Shown here piece after piece: positions 1 to 9,425 of a DNA stretch of 64,000 bases. Origin of the DNA: Bacillota bacterium (lineage in GTDB: Bacteria; Bacillota; Limnochordia; Darwinibacteriales; Darwinibacteriaceae). The translations under genes and the position numbers were made by a program. The notes under the pieces are model-generated. The model made no database searches, had not been told where the DNA came from, and saw only the letters and a list, made by a program, of their open reading frames with translations. Location of the stretch: assembly GCA_030054835.1 (NCBI GenBank), contig JASGVS010000010.1, positions 74,276-138,275 of the forward strand, given 5' to 3'. How positions within the stretch are numbered: position 1 is the stretch's first letter; every line of letters begins with the position of its first letter.

Positions 1-1597
1 TCCGCACCTGGTCTAAATAACTGGGTAAGCGTTTGTAGGGTACTTCACTCTCCAGGTTCAACGCGTTTTGGTACTGCTCAAGCTGGGCTGCGCATTCCTT
101 CTCCGCCTCAGCCAACTCAGTTAAGGCACTCTCCACTGCCTGTCTCTCCGCCTTAAGTTCTTCCTGCCTCTCCCGGCGGCGGCTGAGCATCTCTTGTGAG
201 CTTCTAGCAGAACGCAACTGGGTAAAGTACGAGGCGGTCAGAACAAGAATGAGGGCTAGAGCGACTATGCTCACCAGCGGATTAAGGAACACTCCTGCTA
301 AAACGCCAAGCACCGCTGCAACCAGTGTGCTTACTCCATAGGCCGCTAAGCCAAAGGCGGATTTGCCTTCGCTGAGTTTCTTAATCTCTTCTGCGATCCG
401 GTCCTCTTCCTCTTTCAGGCGTTTCAGTTCTCGCTTGGCATCCCCTTGGTCGTCCACCAAGTCACTGTACTTCTCCACCAACTCGTTTACGTTGTCCTTC
501 TCAATCTCATCCAACCTGAGGGCAGAGATGGCTTCTGCATCAGCTAAGGACCAATTGACGTTGAGTTTCGTTATCCTATCCGCTAAATTCCGTCGCTGCT
601 GGGCGTACCTGTCCTCCGCAGCCTGCAGCTGCCGGAGGCGTTCTTTAATGCCCGATACGCCCGAGGCCAACACATTCAGCTCATTACCCCGGGCAATCAG
701 TTTAGTTACCGCTTCCGTGCTTAGGCCTATGGAAATCTCCTTGGCCCCTATCTCTTCCTCCAGCTCCCGGCAGTCTGTTGCCAGCTTCCTTACGCGCTCC
801 AGTTGATCCTCACTTGGGACATGCTCCCAGCGTTCAGCCTGTCTGTACTTCAGCTCGTTTTCTAAACGAACCATTTCCTCGTAGGTGGAGAAATTGTTCT
901 TAATAAGGTCCAAACGCCGCACTTCCTTGCCCAGCCTGTCCAGTTCCGCGCTTACACTCTCCAACTCTTCCCCTATTTCCGCCAGCCTAGTCTGATTAGT
1001 AGAGTACGCGTGAATATGAGCTTGACTGCTCTTTCTCAGCTGTTGGCCTTCGGAAATGGCCTGGTGGAACTGTTTAAACAACTTCACACTGGGATTACCC
1101 CTGGTGCCGCCGATGCTGTCCGCCTGACGGCCAAATTCATTTTTCAACTGGGGCAGGAGCGTCACTTCCTTCAGCCCAGCACCCAGCAGAATGGACTGCA
1201 GATCCCGCTTAGCCCCGGGAGTCAGGGACTGAATCGAACTCAATTCCTCCAGGCTGATGGTGAAGAGCTGGCGGTAAGTGTAGTTGTCCAGTGGATACAG
1301 CTCCCGCACATCAACTTGACCGGTTTGCCTGCCTGAAAGGACGTTTACCTCCGGTGCCCCGTAGCCGCTCAGGCTGAGGTTATACAAAGCGTTTCCCAAG
1401 CTGATATCCGCCTCCACACCGTACTGCACAGTGGCAGGCGGCAGACTACCATCCCGGGGAAAGCCGTAGCCTAAATAGCGTAAGACGTTCATAAACGTAG
1501 ATTTACCCGCCCTGTTCAAACCGCCGATCACCACCAAACCTGGGTGCAGATCGGCCAGCGTTTGGTTGCGTAAAATACCAAAATCCCTAATGTACAA
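1..1597 (-). CDS. YhaN/SbcC-like AAA ATPase, 3' part (N-terminal Walker A region in window; gene continues past position 1)
   Basis: Minus-strand reading frame, open to the window edge, translates to MYIRDFGILRNQTLADLHPGLVVIGGLNRAGKSTFMNVLRYLGYGFP... This contains a Walker A (GLNRAGKST) in the position expected for YhaN/AAA_27-type SbcC-like ATPases. Long coiled-coil-like E/K/L-rich region follows, then a hydrophobic helix (AAYGVSTLVAAVLGVLAGVFL). TTG start near 1597 overlaps upstream gene stop. Confidence 0.7.
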   Translation of the reverse strand, partial: MYIRDFGILRNQTLADLHPGLVVIGGLNRAGKSTFMNVLRYLGYGFPRDGSLPPATVQYGVEADISLGNALYNLSLSGYGAPEVNVLSGRQTGQVDVRELYPLDNYTYRQLFTISLEELSSIQSLTPGAKRDLQSILLGAGLKEVTLLPQLKNEFGRQADSIGGTRGNPSVKLFKQFHQAISEGQQLRKSSQAHIHAYSTNQTRLAEIGEELESVSAELDRLGKEVRRLDLIKNNFSTYEEMVRLENELKYRQAERWEHVPSEDQLERVRKLATDCRELEEEIGAKEISIGLSTEAVTKLIARGNELNVLASGVSGIKERLRQLQAAEDRYAQQRRNLADRITKLNVNWSLADAEAISALRLDEIEKDNVNELVEKYSDLVDDQGDAKRELKRLKEEEDRIAEEIKKLSEGKSAFGLAAYGVSTLVAAVLGVLAGVFLNPLVSIVALALILVLTASYFTQLRSARSSQEMLSRRRERQEELKAERQAVESALTELAEAEKECAAQLEQYQNALNLESEVPYKRLPSYLDQVR

Positions 1598-1614
1598 ACG
1601 CCTAATTTTAATTG

Positions 1615-2940
1615 CTACTCCCTCCCCTCTGCCAGTTTCTCCAGGATCAACTGACGGGCATCGGCCAGCAGATCCTGCAGTGTTTCATCGTCTAAGTAAA
1701 AGACAAAGTCATCCTTGTCCTGATACCCTTCCTCATCGCCGTGCCCGGACCAGATCTGCCCCAGTTCCCTTTTCAGCTGCTTCTGAAGCTCTTCTTCTGT
1801 CTGGCACCGCTGCACCACCCGATCCAATTCCTCCACCACCGGGCTGCCTTTAAGAAGCTCGTCCAAATCGAGCTCAGGCTTGGTTCTAAACATTATCCGT
1901 TCCGTCCAGACAAAGGGCTTGTCATCTGCAAATCGCCCGCGCAGTCCTGCCAGGAGGGAGTCATGGGCCTCGTCCTGCTGCTCCGCCAGGAGAGTGTGGA
2001 TCGTTCCCCTGCCCTCAATGTTCCACTGCACAATGTAACCAAGGATTGGATAGGCATCGTCTCCCCCCTCGGAGAGAAGCTCCTGGGCCGCCGCTGCCAT
2101 CCGCTCTTCCAATTCGGGCAGGGTCTCAGGTATGCTAACCGGATCTTCATCTATCTTGAGTGTAACTCTCTTGTAGACGATGGGTGCCAGAGGCACGTGG
2201 GTGATTACATCTTCTCCCTGGTCGTTCAGCTCCACCAAGAGGCAGCCGCCCCGCTCCAGTTCGTTCACGTGCTTACCCTGGGGTGTGCCCGGGTAGGCAA
2301 TATGGGGCCTTGCGTTATGCAGGATACCCGGTTGATGGATGTGACCTAAAGCCCAATAATGATAACCGCTTTTCTCCCTTAACTCACTCACAGAACAGGG
2401 AAGGTAGGTGGAAGGCTCACCCTCAAGCTGGGTATGGAGAACGCCAATATTCCACAAATCCGACGGCAGACTGGGATAGTCCTGGTGCAGCCGCCTGCGT
2501 TCTGCGCTGCGCTCATAACTTTGACCCACTACCCGGGCAATAGGTGCTCCTTGGTCATCCTTCACCTCAAAAACCTCAGGCTTACTGCTGGGAAAAGTGA
2601 AAACGTTTGGGGGCAGCCTGAACAGCGCTTCCCTCTCCCGCAGGGGATCGTGGTTGCCCGCCAAAACGTACACGCCTATACCTGCCTCGTACAGCCGCTC
2701 GCACTGCCTCACAAAAAACTCTAAAGCGCTGACCGTTCTGGCTTCCCCATCGTACAGATCTCCCGCAATAACCACGAAATCTACCCCTTCCGCCAGGGCC
2801 AAATCACAGAGACGGCTGAAACTGGCAAAGGTAGCCCCATGGACCTGTTCCCGCAGCTGATCTGGGAGGGAAGCACCTCCAATCTGGGGTATACGCCCCA
2901 GATGTACGTCGGCGGTATGAATAAAGCGTATGCTGCCCAT
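1615..2940 (-). CDS. SbcD/Mre11-family metallophosphoesterase nuclease (YhaO-like), partner of the downstream ATPase
   Basis: Translation from internal ATG (2940) MGSIRFIHTADVHLG...DFVVIAGDLYD...LAGNHD: calcineurin-like phosphoesterase motifs of SbcD/Mre11; GGGAGG RBS upstream of this ATG; stop TAG at 1615 overlaps start of the ATPase gene (operon). Confidence 0.8.
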   Translation of the reverse strand: MGSIRFIHTADVHLGRIPQIGGASLPDQLREQVHGATFASFSRLCDLALAEGVDFVVIAGDLYDGEARTVSALEFFVRQCERLYEAGIGVYVLAGNHDPLREREALFRLPPNVFTFPSSKPEVFEVKDDQGAPIARVVGQSYERSAERRRLHQDYPSLPSDLWNIGVLHTQLEGEPSTYLPCSVSELREKSGYHYWALGHIHQPGILHNARPHIAYPGTPQGKHVNELERGGCLLVELNDQGEDVITHVPLAPIVYKRVTLKIDEDPVSIPETLPELEERMAAAAQELLSEGGDDAYPILGYIVQWNIEGRGTIHTLLAEQQDEAHDSLLAGLRGRFADDKPFVWTERIMFRTKPELDLDELLKGSPVVEELDRVVQRCQTEEELQKQLKRELGQIWSGHGDEEGYQDKDDFVFYLDDETLQDLLADARQLILEKLAEGRE

Positions 2941-3063
2941 GGCAATCCTCCCTTTCTCTGTTGTATATATGTCCTGCCCAGGGCAATCTCCTGCCCCTGG
3001 GGAGGAATCGGCGAGCGAAAACAGAACAATAGTAACCAAAACTTGGCAAAGGAGACAAGAATT

Positions 3064-3858
3064 ATGGGAAAGGGTAGAGTAATTCTGTCACTGCTACTGC
3101 TTTTTTCCTTTAGCATGGGCGTCTTGGGGAATGCAGGACCGGAACTTACCCCCTCGCTGATTCTGAACAACGCCTTGGTGGAGTTAAAGCACCCACTGCT
3201 TTTAGATGGGGACCGCATGCTCATCTCCATAATCGATCTAATGCGGCTTTTCCACGTGGAGTGTGAAAGGCAGGGTGAAACGGGCATTGTCCTTAGGGGA
3301 GAAGGGATCCGCATCAATATGCAGCTTGATACCGATATTGCAGTTGCAACAAAGGATGGACGCTATGAGGTAACCTGGCTCGAAGCGGCTCCCCGCCTCA
3401 GGGGCAAGGTACTTTATCTGCCCCTCCGCTACTGCGCAGAAAGCCTCGGTGCAGAAGTCTATTGGGACCAACGGAGCGGCTGCGTGGTAGTGAGCGATAA
3501 CACTTGGGAAGCGGAGGAAAAAACGGTGCAATACACCCTGTTAAACAGATGGGAACTGCAATCTGAACCGGAGTTGGCCGCCTGGTATGAAAACCACCAC
3601 CGCACAGAAGGTTTGCACGTATTGGTAATCAACACAGACACCTACGTCTTAGTGGCCGCGGGCCCGAAACCAACGGGCGGTTATGGAGTGAGGATAAAGG
3701 GTGTGATCGAAAGGGAACCCAACCAGCTTGTGATCGAAGCTGAACTGCAAAAGCCTGGCCCAAACGACATGGTGACCATGGCCTTCACCTATCCCACTGC
3801 CTTACTGAAATTCCCCAACCGCATCTTCTCAGTAGTGGATTACAACCTCACCGATTGA
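3064..3858 (+). CDS. secreted protein with signal peptide, copper-amine-oxidase-N-terminal-like (stalk) domain and PrcB_C-like C-terminal domain
   Basis: ATG at 3064 preceded by AAGGAGA; N-terminus MGKGRVILSLLLLFSFSMGVLGNA is a signal peptide; LYLPLRYCAESLGAEVYWDQRSGCVVV resembles Cu_amine_oxidN1 stalk domain; C-terminal PKPTGGYGVRIKGV...LVIEAEL resembles PrcB_C. ORF-track start at 2839 lies inside the upstream gene and is not used. Confidence 0.55.
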   Translation: MGKGRVILSLLLLFSFSMGVLGNAGPELTPSLILNNALVELKHPLLLDGDRMLISIIDLMRLFHVECERQGETGIVLRGEGIRINMQLDTDIAVATKDGRYEVTWLEAAPRLRGKVLYLPLRYCAESLGAEVYWDQRSGCVVVSDNTWEAEEKTVQYTLLNRWELQSEPELAAWYENHHRTEGLHVLVINTDTYVLVAAGPKPTGGYGVRIKGVIEREPNQLVIEAELQKPGPNDMVTMAFTYPTALLKFPNRIFSVVDYNLTD

Positions 3859-3865
3859 GCACATG

Positions 3866-3910
3866 AAAAAGTGCGGGATGTTCCTAAGAACTCCCGCACT
3901 TGCTTTTTGC
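3866..3910. terminator. bidirectional intrinsic terminator between convergent genes
   Basis: aaaaaGTGCGGGAtgttcctaagaacTCCCGCACttgctttttgc: 8-bp GC stem flanked by A-run and T-run. Confidence 0.6.
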
Positions 3911-4861
3911 TTATAACCCCCGGCGGATGTATGGTTTGCCAGAGGCAGCGGGGGCGGTAGAGCGTCCAATAATCCCTGCCAAGGCCGCCATTGTCACCAC
4001 GTAGGGGAACATGGCAAAGAACTCGGTTGGGATAGCTACCAAGCCCCAGTTTTGGGCAGTTAGCTGCAGGGCGTCTGCCACTCCAAAGAGGAGGGAAGCA
4101 CCCATCGCCCCAAAGGGCGTCCAGTTGCCGAAGATCATTGCGGCAAGGGAAATGAAGCCTTTACCCGCACTCATACCCTCCCTAAACAGGGACAGGTTAC
4201 CCAGGGACAAGGTGACGCCGCCCATTCCGGCCAAAAACCCGCTCAAAATAACGGAGAAATACCGAATGCGGTTCACGTTCACACCAACCGTATCGGCTGC
4301 TTCCGGGTGTTCCCCGGCGGCACGGATCCTGAGGCCCAAGGGAGTCTTGAACAAAACGATGTGGGCCACAATGGCGATCAGGAAAGCCAAATAAACAGGC
4401 GGTGTGTTGCGGGCGAAAATGTCACCAATCACCGGGATCTTCCGCAGCCAGGGGAAGGACCAGAAGGCAAGTTTTGCCACCCTGTTCGTCTGGCCGGCCC
4501 GTTTAAAGATGGCCCGCAGTAAAAACCCGGTTAGGGCAGTAGCCAACATGTTGATGGCCACACCTGAAACAGTCTGATCCGCATGGTATTTTATGCTAAC
4601 CCAGGCATGGAGCGCTGCCAAAACTGCACCGGCCAACGAACCCGCCAAAAAGCCAATCCAGGGATTCCCGGTCAAGTGGGAAAACAGCACTCCCACAAAG
4701 GAGCCGGTGAGCATCATGCCCTCAATACCAATGTTTACTACCCCGGACCGCTCACTGAACACCCCGCCGATGGAAGCCATGATCAGAGGCGCTGACAGTG
4801 TCACGGTGGACGCTAATAGGTCAATCAAGAAATATTGTAGGTTCGCCCAATCAATACCCAT
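3911..4861 (-). CDS. ABC transporter permease, BMP-family nucleoside/sugar transporter (NupQ/YufQ-like)
   Basis: 316 aa polytopic membrane protein; last gene of four-gene operon; start ATG overlaps upstream stop (TAATG). Confidence 0.75.
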   Translation of the reverse strand: MGIDWANLQYFLIDLLASTVTLSAPLIMASIGGVFSERSGVVNIGIEGMMLTGSFVGVLFSHLTGNPWIGFLAGSLAGAVLAALHAWVSIKYHADQTVSGVAINMLATALTGFLLRAIFKRAGQTNRVAKLAFWSFPWLRKIPVIGDIFARNTPPVYLAFLIAIVAHIVLFKTPLGLRIRAAGEHPEAADTVGVNVNRIRYFSVILSGFLAGMGGVTLSLGNLSLFREGMSAGKGFISLAAMIFGNWTPFGAMGASLLFGVADALQLTAQNWGLVAIPTEFFAMFPYVVTMAALAGIIGRSTAPAASGKPYIRRGL

Positions 4862-5952
4862 TAGACGTCAGCCTCCTTTCCTCTGTTGAAAAGAGCCTTG
4901 ATTTTATCCAAGCCAGGTATCCAACCCTTAACCAGGCCTTCTGCAGCTACGATGAAGATGATTAGGGCCTGCACGATCCCAATCGTCTCCTTGGGTACAC
5001 CTGCCAAGGCCTGCATCGTCTGGGAACCGCGGTGCAGCACGCCGAAGAGAAATGCGCTGCCTAGGATACCAATGGGATTGTTCTTGGCCACCAAAGCTAC
5101 CGCGATACCGTCAAAACCCCAGCCCTCAAAGGCGAAGATATCCAGGAATTTGTACTGAATACCCATTACCTGTACCGCTCCGGCCAGTCCCGCCAAAGCG
5201 CCTGAAATGAGCATGGCCGTTGCCATGGCCCGGGAGGTATTCATACCTGCGTAGCGGGAGGCATCGGCGTTAAAGCCAACCGCCCGAATCTCGTAACCGA
5301 TTGTGGTTTTGTAAAGCAACCAGTAGACCACAAAGGCGGCTAGAATGGCGATGAAAATCCCGGTGTTAACCCTGTACTCGCTGCCGATGCCGCTGAGGAA
5401 GCGCCACAGACGTGCGTTTTGGGCAATATCTGGGCTGTAAGGCAGGGTTGTATTCGGATCCTGTAGGGGTCCGGTAACCAAATAGTGGGAAAGGTGCAAG
5501 GCGATGTAGTTCATCATGATGCTGTTTACTACCTCGTGCACTCCAAATTTGGCCTTCAGATACCCGGGCACAGATGCCCACAGTGCCCCAGCCAGCATAC
5601 CTGCCCCCAGTGTCAGGGGTAGGTGCAGCAGCCTAGGTAGGCCTGCAAACTGATAACCCACAAAAGCGGAGGCGAGCATACCCACAATGATTTGACCCTC
5701 CGCACCAATGTTAAACAAACCTGCACGGTAAGCAACCGCAATGGACAGACCGGCGAAAATCAACGGATTCACATAAACGAGCGTCTCGGAAAAGTCAATA
5801 CCCGAACCAAAGGAACCGCTCAGCAGTGCTCCGTAACCGGCAAAGGGATTATTACCGGTGATAAACATGAGCACTCCGCCAATTACTAGTCCTACCAGAA
5901 TAGCAGCCAAGGGAACGGCAATCCCTGACCACCACTTATTGTTCTTGGTCAT
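4861..5952 (-). CDS. ABC transporter permease (NupP/YufP-like)
   Basis: 363 aa polytopic membrane protein directly between ATPase and second permease; 4-nt overlap with ATPase gene. Confidence 0.75.
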   Translation of the reverse strand: MTKNNKWWSGIAVPLAAILVGLVIGGVLMFITGNNPFAGYGALLSGSFGSGIDFSETLVYVNPLIFAGLSIAVAYRAGLFNIGAEGQIIVGMLASAFVGYQFAGLPRLLHLPLTLGAGMLAGALWASVPGYLKAKFGVHEVVNSIMMNYIALHLSHYLVTGPLQDPNTTLPYSPDIAQNARLWRFLSGIGSEYRVNTGIFIAILAAFVVYWLLYKTTIGYEIRAVGFNADASRYAGMNTSRAMATAMLISGALAGLAGAVQVMGIQYKFLDIFAFEGWGFDGIAVALVAKNNPIGILGSAFLFGVLHRGSQTMQALAGVPKETIGIVQALIIFIVAAEGLVKGWIPGLDKIKALFNRGKEADV

Positions 5953-7511
5953 AGCTCTCCCCCTCCGGCTACCGCACTTGTCCGGTCGTCTGATACGCCC
6001 GCCATCATGAGGCCGAGTTTCTCTTCAGTCGCCTCTTCCCGGTCCACAATGCCCACGATGCGCCCTTCGTACATAACCGCAATCCTATCCGCCAAGGCCA
6101 AGATCTCATCCAACTCCAGGGAAAAGAGAAGCACTGCCTTTTGGGCGTCCCTGGCCTCAATTAGGCGCGTGTGGACAAATTCAATGGCACCAACGTCCAG
6201 TCCCCTAGTAGGTTGGGCAGCTACAATCAACTCCGGTTCCTGAGCCAACTCCCTGGCCACAATCACCTTCTGCTGGTTGCCGCCTGAAAGGGAACTGGCA
6301 AGCACGTCTTCATTGGGCGTGCGCACATCGTACTCTTCAATCAATTCCCGTGCCTCTTGTTTGATTACTTCCCAATCCAAGACAGTCTTGTTGCTGAACG
6401 GCGGCGCGTAATAGGTACGCAAAACCATATTCTCAGCAATGGAAAATTCCAGAACAAGGCCATGGCGATGCCTATCCGCCGGAATGTGCACCACCTTGGA
6501 TTCAAACACGCGGCGTGAGGAAAGATTGGTAATGTCTTTACCGTTTAACACGATCTGACCAGAAGTGGCTTTCCGCATACCCGTAATGGCCTCAGCCAGT
6601 TCGTTCTGACCGTTGCCGTCTACACCGGCAATGCCCAGTATTTCCCCTGCCCTAACGGAAAGGGAAACACCTGATAAGGCAGGTAAGTGCCGATCATCCT
6701 GCACATGGAGATCGGTAATGCGGAACATCTCCGGTCCCGGTTTGGCCGGTTCCTTGCTCACCACAAGTTCCACATCGCGACCCACCATCATTCGGGCCAA
6801 GTCGTTAACGTTTGTTTCCGCAGTGGTAACGCTTCCGATGATCCGTCCCCTGCGGATAACGGTCACCCGATCGGAAATCTCCATTACTTCCTTCAGCTTG
6901 TGGCTGATGAAGATAATGGACTTACCCATTTCCGTCAGGTTACGCATAATTGTAAACAGCTCCCCGACTTCCTGGGGTGTCAAAACAGCGGTAGGTTCAT
7001 CCAACACCAGGATTTCAGCCCCGCGTAAAAGTGCTTTGAGAATTTCCACCCGCTGCTGCATGCCTACGGAAATATTCATAACCTTGGCGTGGGGATCAAT
7101 GGCCAGGCCGTATTCCCTTGAAACGTCTTCCACCTGTCTAACGGCAGCTGCCATGTCTAAAAAGACCCCGCCGCGTTTTGGTTCTGTCCCCAGAACCAAA
7201 TTCTCCACAACGGAAAACTGGGGAATAAGCATAAAGTGCTGATGAACCATGCCGATACCTAAGCTCAAGGCATCATTTGGCTCATTAATCTCCCGCTTTT
7301 CCCCGTGGACGTAAATCTCCCCTTCGTCCGCCTGGTACAAACCATAGAGGATTTTCATCAGGGTGCTTTTACCGGCTCCGTTTTCACCCAATAAAGTATG
7401 AATCTCACCCTTCTTCAATGTAAAATCCACATCGGCATTTGCAACAACACCAGGAAATCTTTTGGTGATACCCCGCATTTCCAATACAAGCTTTTCATGG
7501 GGCGATACCAT
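5949..7511 (-). CDS. ABC transporter ATP-binding protein with two tandem ATPase domains (NupO/YufO-like)
   Basis: GENGAGKST Walker A, LSGGNQQKV signature, second domain present; probable start at internal ATG (MVSPHEKLVLEMRGITKRF) with GGGGGGA RBS; ORF-track start 7562 probably too long. Confidence 0.8.
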   Translation of the reverse strand: MVSPHEKLVLEMRGITKRFPGVVANADVDFTLKKGEIHTLLGENGAGKSTLMKILYGLYQADEGEIYVHGEKREINEPNDALSLGIGMVHQHFMLIPQFSVVENLVLGTEPKRGGVFLDMAAAVRQVEDVSREYGLAIDPHAKVMNISVGMQQRVEILKALLRGAEILVLDEPTAVLTPQEVGELFTIMRNLTEMGKSIIFISHKLKEVMEISDRVTVIRRGRIIGSVTTAETNVNDLARMMVGRDVELVVSKEPAKPGPEMFRITDLHVQDDRHLPALSGVSLSVRAGEILGIAGVDGNGQNELAEAITGMRKATSGQIVLNGKDITNLSSRRVFESKVVHIPADRHRHGLVLEFSIAENMVLRTYYAPPFSNKTVLDWEVIKQEARELIEEYDVRTPNEDVLASSLSGGNQQKVIVARELAQEPELIVAAQPTRGLDVGAIEFVHTRLIEARDAQKAVLLFSLELDEILALADRIAVMYEGRIVGIVDREEATEEKLGLMMAGVSDDRTSAVAGGGEL

Positions 7512-7530
7512 CCAAATCCCCCCTATCGTG

Positions 7531-7560
7531 TGAGGCGCCGGGACATTTATCCCGGCGCCC
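7531..7560 (-). promoter_or_regulatory. intercistronic GC-rich stem-loop between binding-protein gene and ATPase gene
   Basis: GGCGCCGGGAcatttaTCCCGGCGCC, 10-bp perfect stem, no U-tract: typical mRNA-stabilising/partial-termination element after substrate-binding protein genes. Confidence 0.45.
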
Positions 7561-7589
7561 AAATATCCTATTTACATCTTCTTACAGAT

Positions 7590-8615
7590 TTACTTATTGA
7601 TTACTTTGTAGACGTCGCTGGGGAACTCCGGTACAACAAAGTCGCCGGAAGCGATCCGTTCAGCCCACTCCAGAGCGGCAGCTATTGCCTCAGGAGAAGC
7701 ATTGTTGGTGTCACCAGTTACGATGCCTACGCCTTCTACATCAAGGCCGAGGGCGATGGTCTGTCCCTTGAAGTTGGGATCGAGCAGCATCAAGGTACCC
7801 TCAAACACACCAACGTCAACCCGCTTGATCATGGAGTTCAGAACAGCGTTGGGTGCTACGTGAGCCTGGTCGGAGTCTACACCGATTCCCCATACGCCCT
7901 GCTCTTCACAGGCTTCGATCATGCCCAGGCCGGTTGCACCAGCGGCGTGGAAGATAACGTCTGCACCGCGGCGGATCATGGACTCGGTAACTGCTTTACC
8001 CTTGGCCGGGTCGTCGAATGCGCCGGTATAGTTGCCGATGATCTCGATGTCAGGATCGACGGACCAAACACCTGCTTTGAAACCAGCTTCGAATCTCTCG
8101 ATTACCGGAATCTGGATACCACCCACAAAACCAACTTTGCCGGTCTTGGTGGTTTCGGCAGCCAATACGCCTACCAGGAAGGAACCTTCATGCTCTTTGA
8201 AGAGTACACCCAGAACGTTCTGCAGCTCAGTAGCGTGAACTTCCTCGTCAAAGCCGGAGTCAATGATACCAAATCTTGTTTCCGGATACTGAGGCGCAAT
8301 TTTCTTGACGGCGTCTTCCAGCAGGAAGCCGATGGCCCATACCACATCATAGCCCTCGCGAGCGAGCATGGACAGGTTGGGTTCATAGTCAGAAGGTGTA
8401 CGGGACTCTACATACCGTACGTCTGCGCCGAGTTCTTCCTGCAGCCGCATTAGACCTACATATGCAGCATCGTTAAAAGACTGGTCGCCAAGGCCACCCA
8501 CGTCAAACACGATGGCTACCCTAGGTGCACTGTCTTCTGCAAATCCCACAGAAGAGAAAACCAGCATCAGACCTAAGACGAGCAATAAGACTTTTGAGTT
8601 CCTTACCAACTTCAT
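7590..8615 (-). CDS. BMP family (basic membrane protein/PnrA-like) ABC substrate-binding lipoprotein
   Basis: MKLVRNSKVLLLVLGLMLVFSSVGFA signal peptide; VAIVFDVGGLGDQSFND typical of BMP family; first gene of the transporter operon. Confidence 0.8.
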   Translation of the reverse strand: MKLVRNSKVLLLVLGLMLVFSSVGFAEDSAPRVAIVFDVGGLGDQSFNDAAYVGLMRLQEELGADVRYVESRTPSDYEPNLSMLAREGYDVVWAIGFLLEDAVKKIAPQYPETRFGIIDSGFDEEVHATELQNVLGVLFKEHEGSFLVGVLAAETTKTGKVGFVGGIQIPVIERFEAGFKAGVWSVDPDIEIIGNYTGAFDDPAKGKAVTESMIRRGADVIFHAAGATGLGMIEACEEQGVWGIGVDSDQAHVAPNAVLNSMIKRVDVGVFEGTLMLLDPNFKGQTIALGLDVEGVGIVTGDTNNASPEAIAAALEWAERIASGDFVVPEFPSDVYKVINK

Positions 8616-8768
8616 AAACCATCCTCCTTAATTCTTGTTTTGGTTTTTACAAACTTAATACGGAGTCGGTACGGTAAGATACTTCGTTACGGAAAATGAA
8701 ATTCCTCCTAAACTCCCCGCTGAAAAGATCGCCTGAAAATGGCCGCTGTGTAAGATTTTTCCAGGATA

Positions 8769-9389
8769 CTAGATTGTCTGAACATTGTTTCTACCACTTG
8801 CTTTGGCCCGATATTGAGCCTCATCCACCCGCTTCAAAAGATCATCAAAGCCATCTCCCGGCCGCAGCTCCGTTACCCCGACGCTGATGGTAACCGTACT
8901 GCCGCCTACGAATTCCTCATCTGCCACGATTAACCTGAGCCGATCCATCACCCTCGCAGCATCTGCCAAAGTGATCTTAGGCATAAGCAGAATAAACTCT
9001 TCCCCTCCCCACCGAGCCAAAACGTCTGAGGCGCGGATGTTAGCCTGGATAATCTCCGCCAGCTGCTTGAGCACCGAGTCACCAACGGTGTGGCCCAACC
9101 TATCATTGATCTTTTTAAAGTGGTCAAAATCCAGCAAGGCAATTGACAGGGGCTCGTTGTATCGTTGGGCTTGGACGATCATCTGAGCCAGAAAGTCATT
9201 GAACGCCCGCCTGTTGTAAAGCTGGGTTAGTTCATCCACAGTGGACAGCACCTTCAACTCCTCTTCAATCTCCCGCCGTTTCTCAATCTCAGCGGTAAGT
9301 TCATCCCGGGAGGCCATCGTTTCCCGCAGGCTCAGGACCATGCGGTTGAAGGACTGGGCCAGCCTGCCGATCTCGTCCTTAGAGCTCAC
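8769..9389 (-). CDS. second HAMP helix + GGDEF diguanylate cyclase domain (same frame as upstream sensor ORF; single gene interrupted by amber codon)
   Basis: In-frame codons between TAG and GTG read EVGRGDLDKQIE then VSSKDEIGRLAQSFNRM (HAMP helix 2), then GGDEF motifs (RWGGEEF); no other stops between the two ORFs. Confidence 0.6.
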   Translation of the reverse strand: MSSKDEIGRLAQSFNRMVLSLRETMASRDELTAEIEKRREIEEELKVLSTVDELTQLYNRRAFNDFLAQMIVQAQRYNEPLSIALLDFDHFKKINDRLGHTVGDSVLKQLAEIIQANIRASDVLARWGGEEFILLMPKITLADAARVMDRLRLIVADEEFVGGSTVTISVGVTELRPGDGFDDLLKRVDEAQYRAKASGRNNVQTI

Positions 9390-9425
9390 CTCGATCTGCT
9401 TATCCAGATCCCCCCTACCAACCTC

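Noticed and set aside
363-1336. Plus-strand ORFs 363..806 and 1010..1336
   Set aside because: They lie antisense to the strongly supported YhaN-like ATPase frame. They are low-complexity, Ser/Arg-rich reverse-frame artefacts with no RBS.
1741-2860. Plus-strand ORFs antisense to the SbcD-like gene (1741..2349, 2283..2543, 2434..2724, 2597..2860) and minus ORF 1893..2150
   Set aside because: They overlap a well-supported metallophosphoesterase CDS and have no start signals. They are typical shadow ORFs of GC-rich coding sequence.
6613-8453. Long plus-strand ORFs (6613..7242, 7398..8453) opposite the ABC ATPase and BMP lipoprotein genes
   Set aside because: These are antisense to confidently assigned transporter genes. 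Their composition is Ser/Thr/Arg-rich, and they have no SD sequences.
8616-8768. Possible purine or other riboswitch in the leader of the BMP-family nucleoside transporter operon
   Set aside because: I could not find the conserved purine-riboswitch cores (junction UAUA...CUCGUAUAAU...GUUUCUACC) or another known aptamer signature. I see only a direct repeat of TTTTCAG that loosely resembles half a CodY box.
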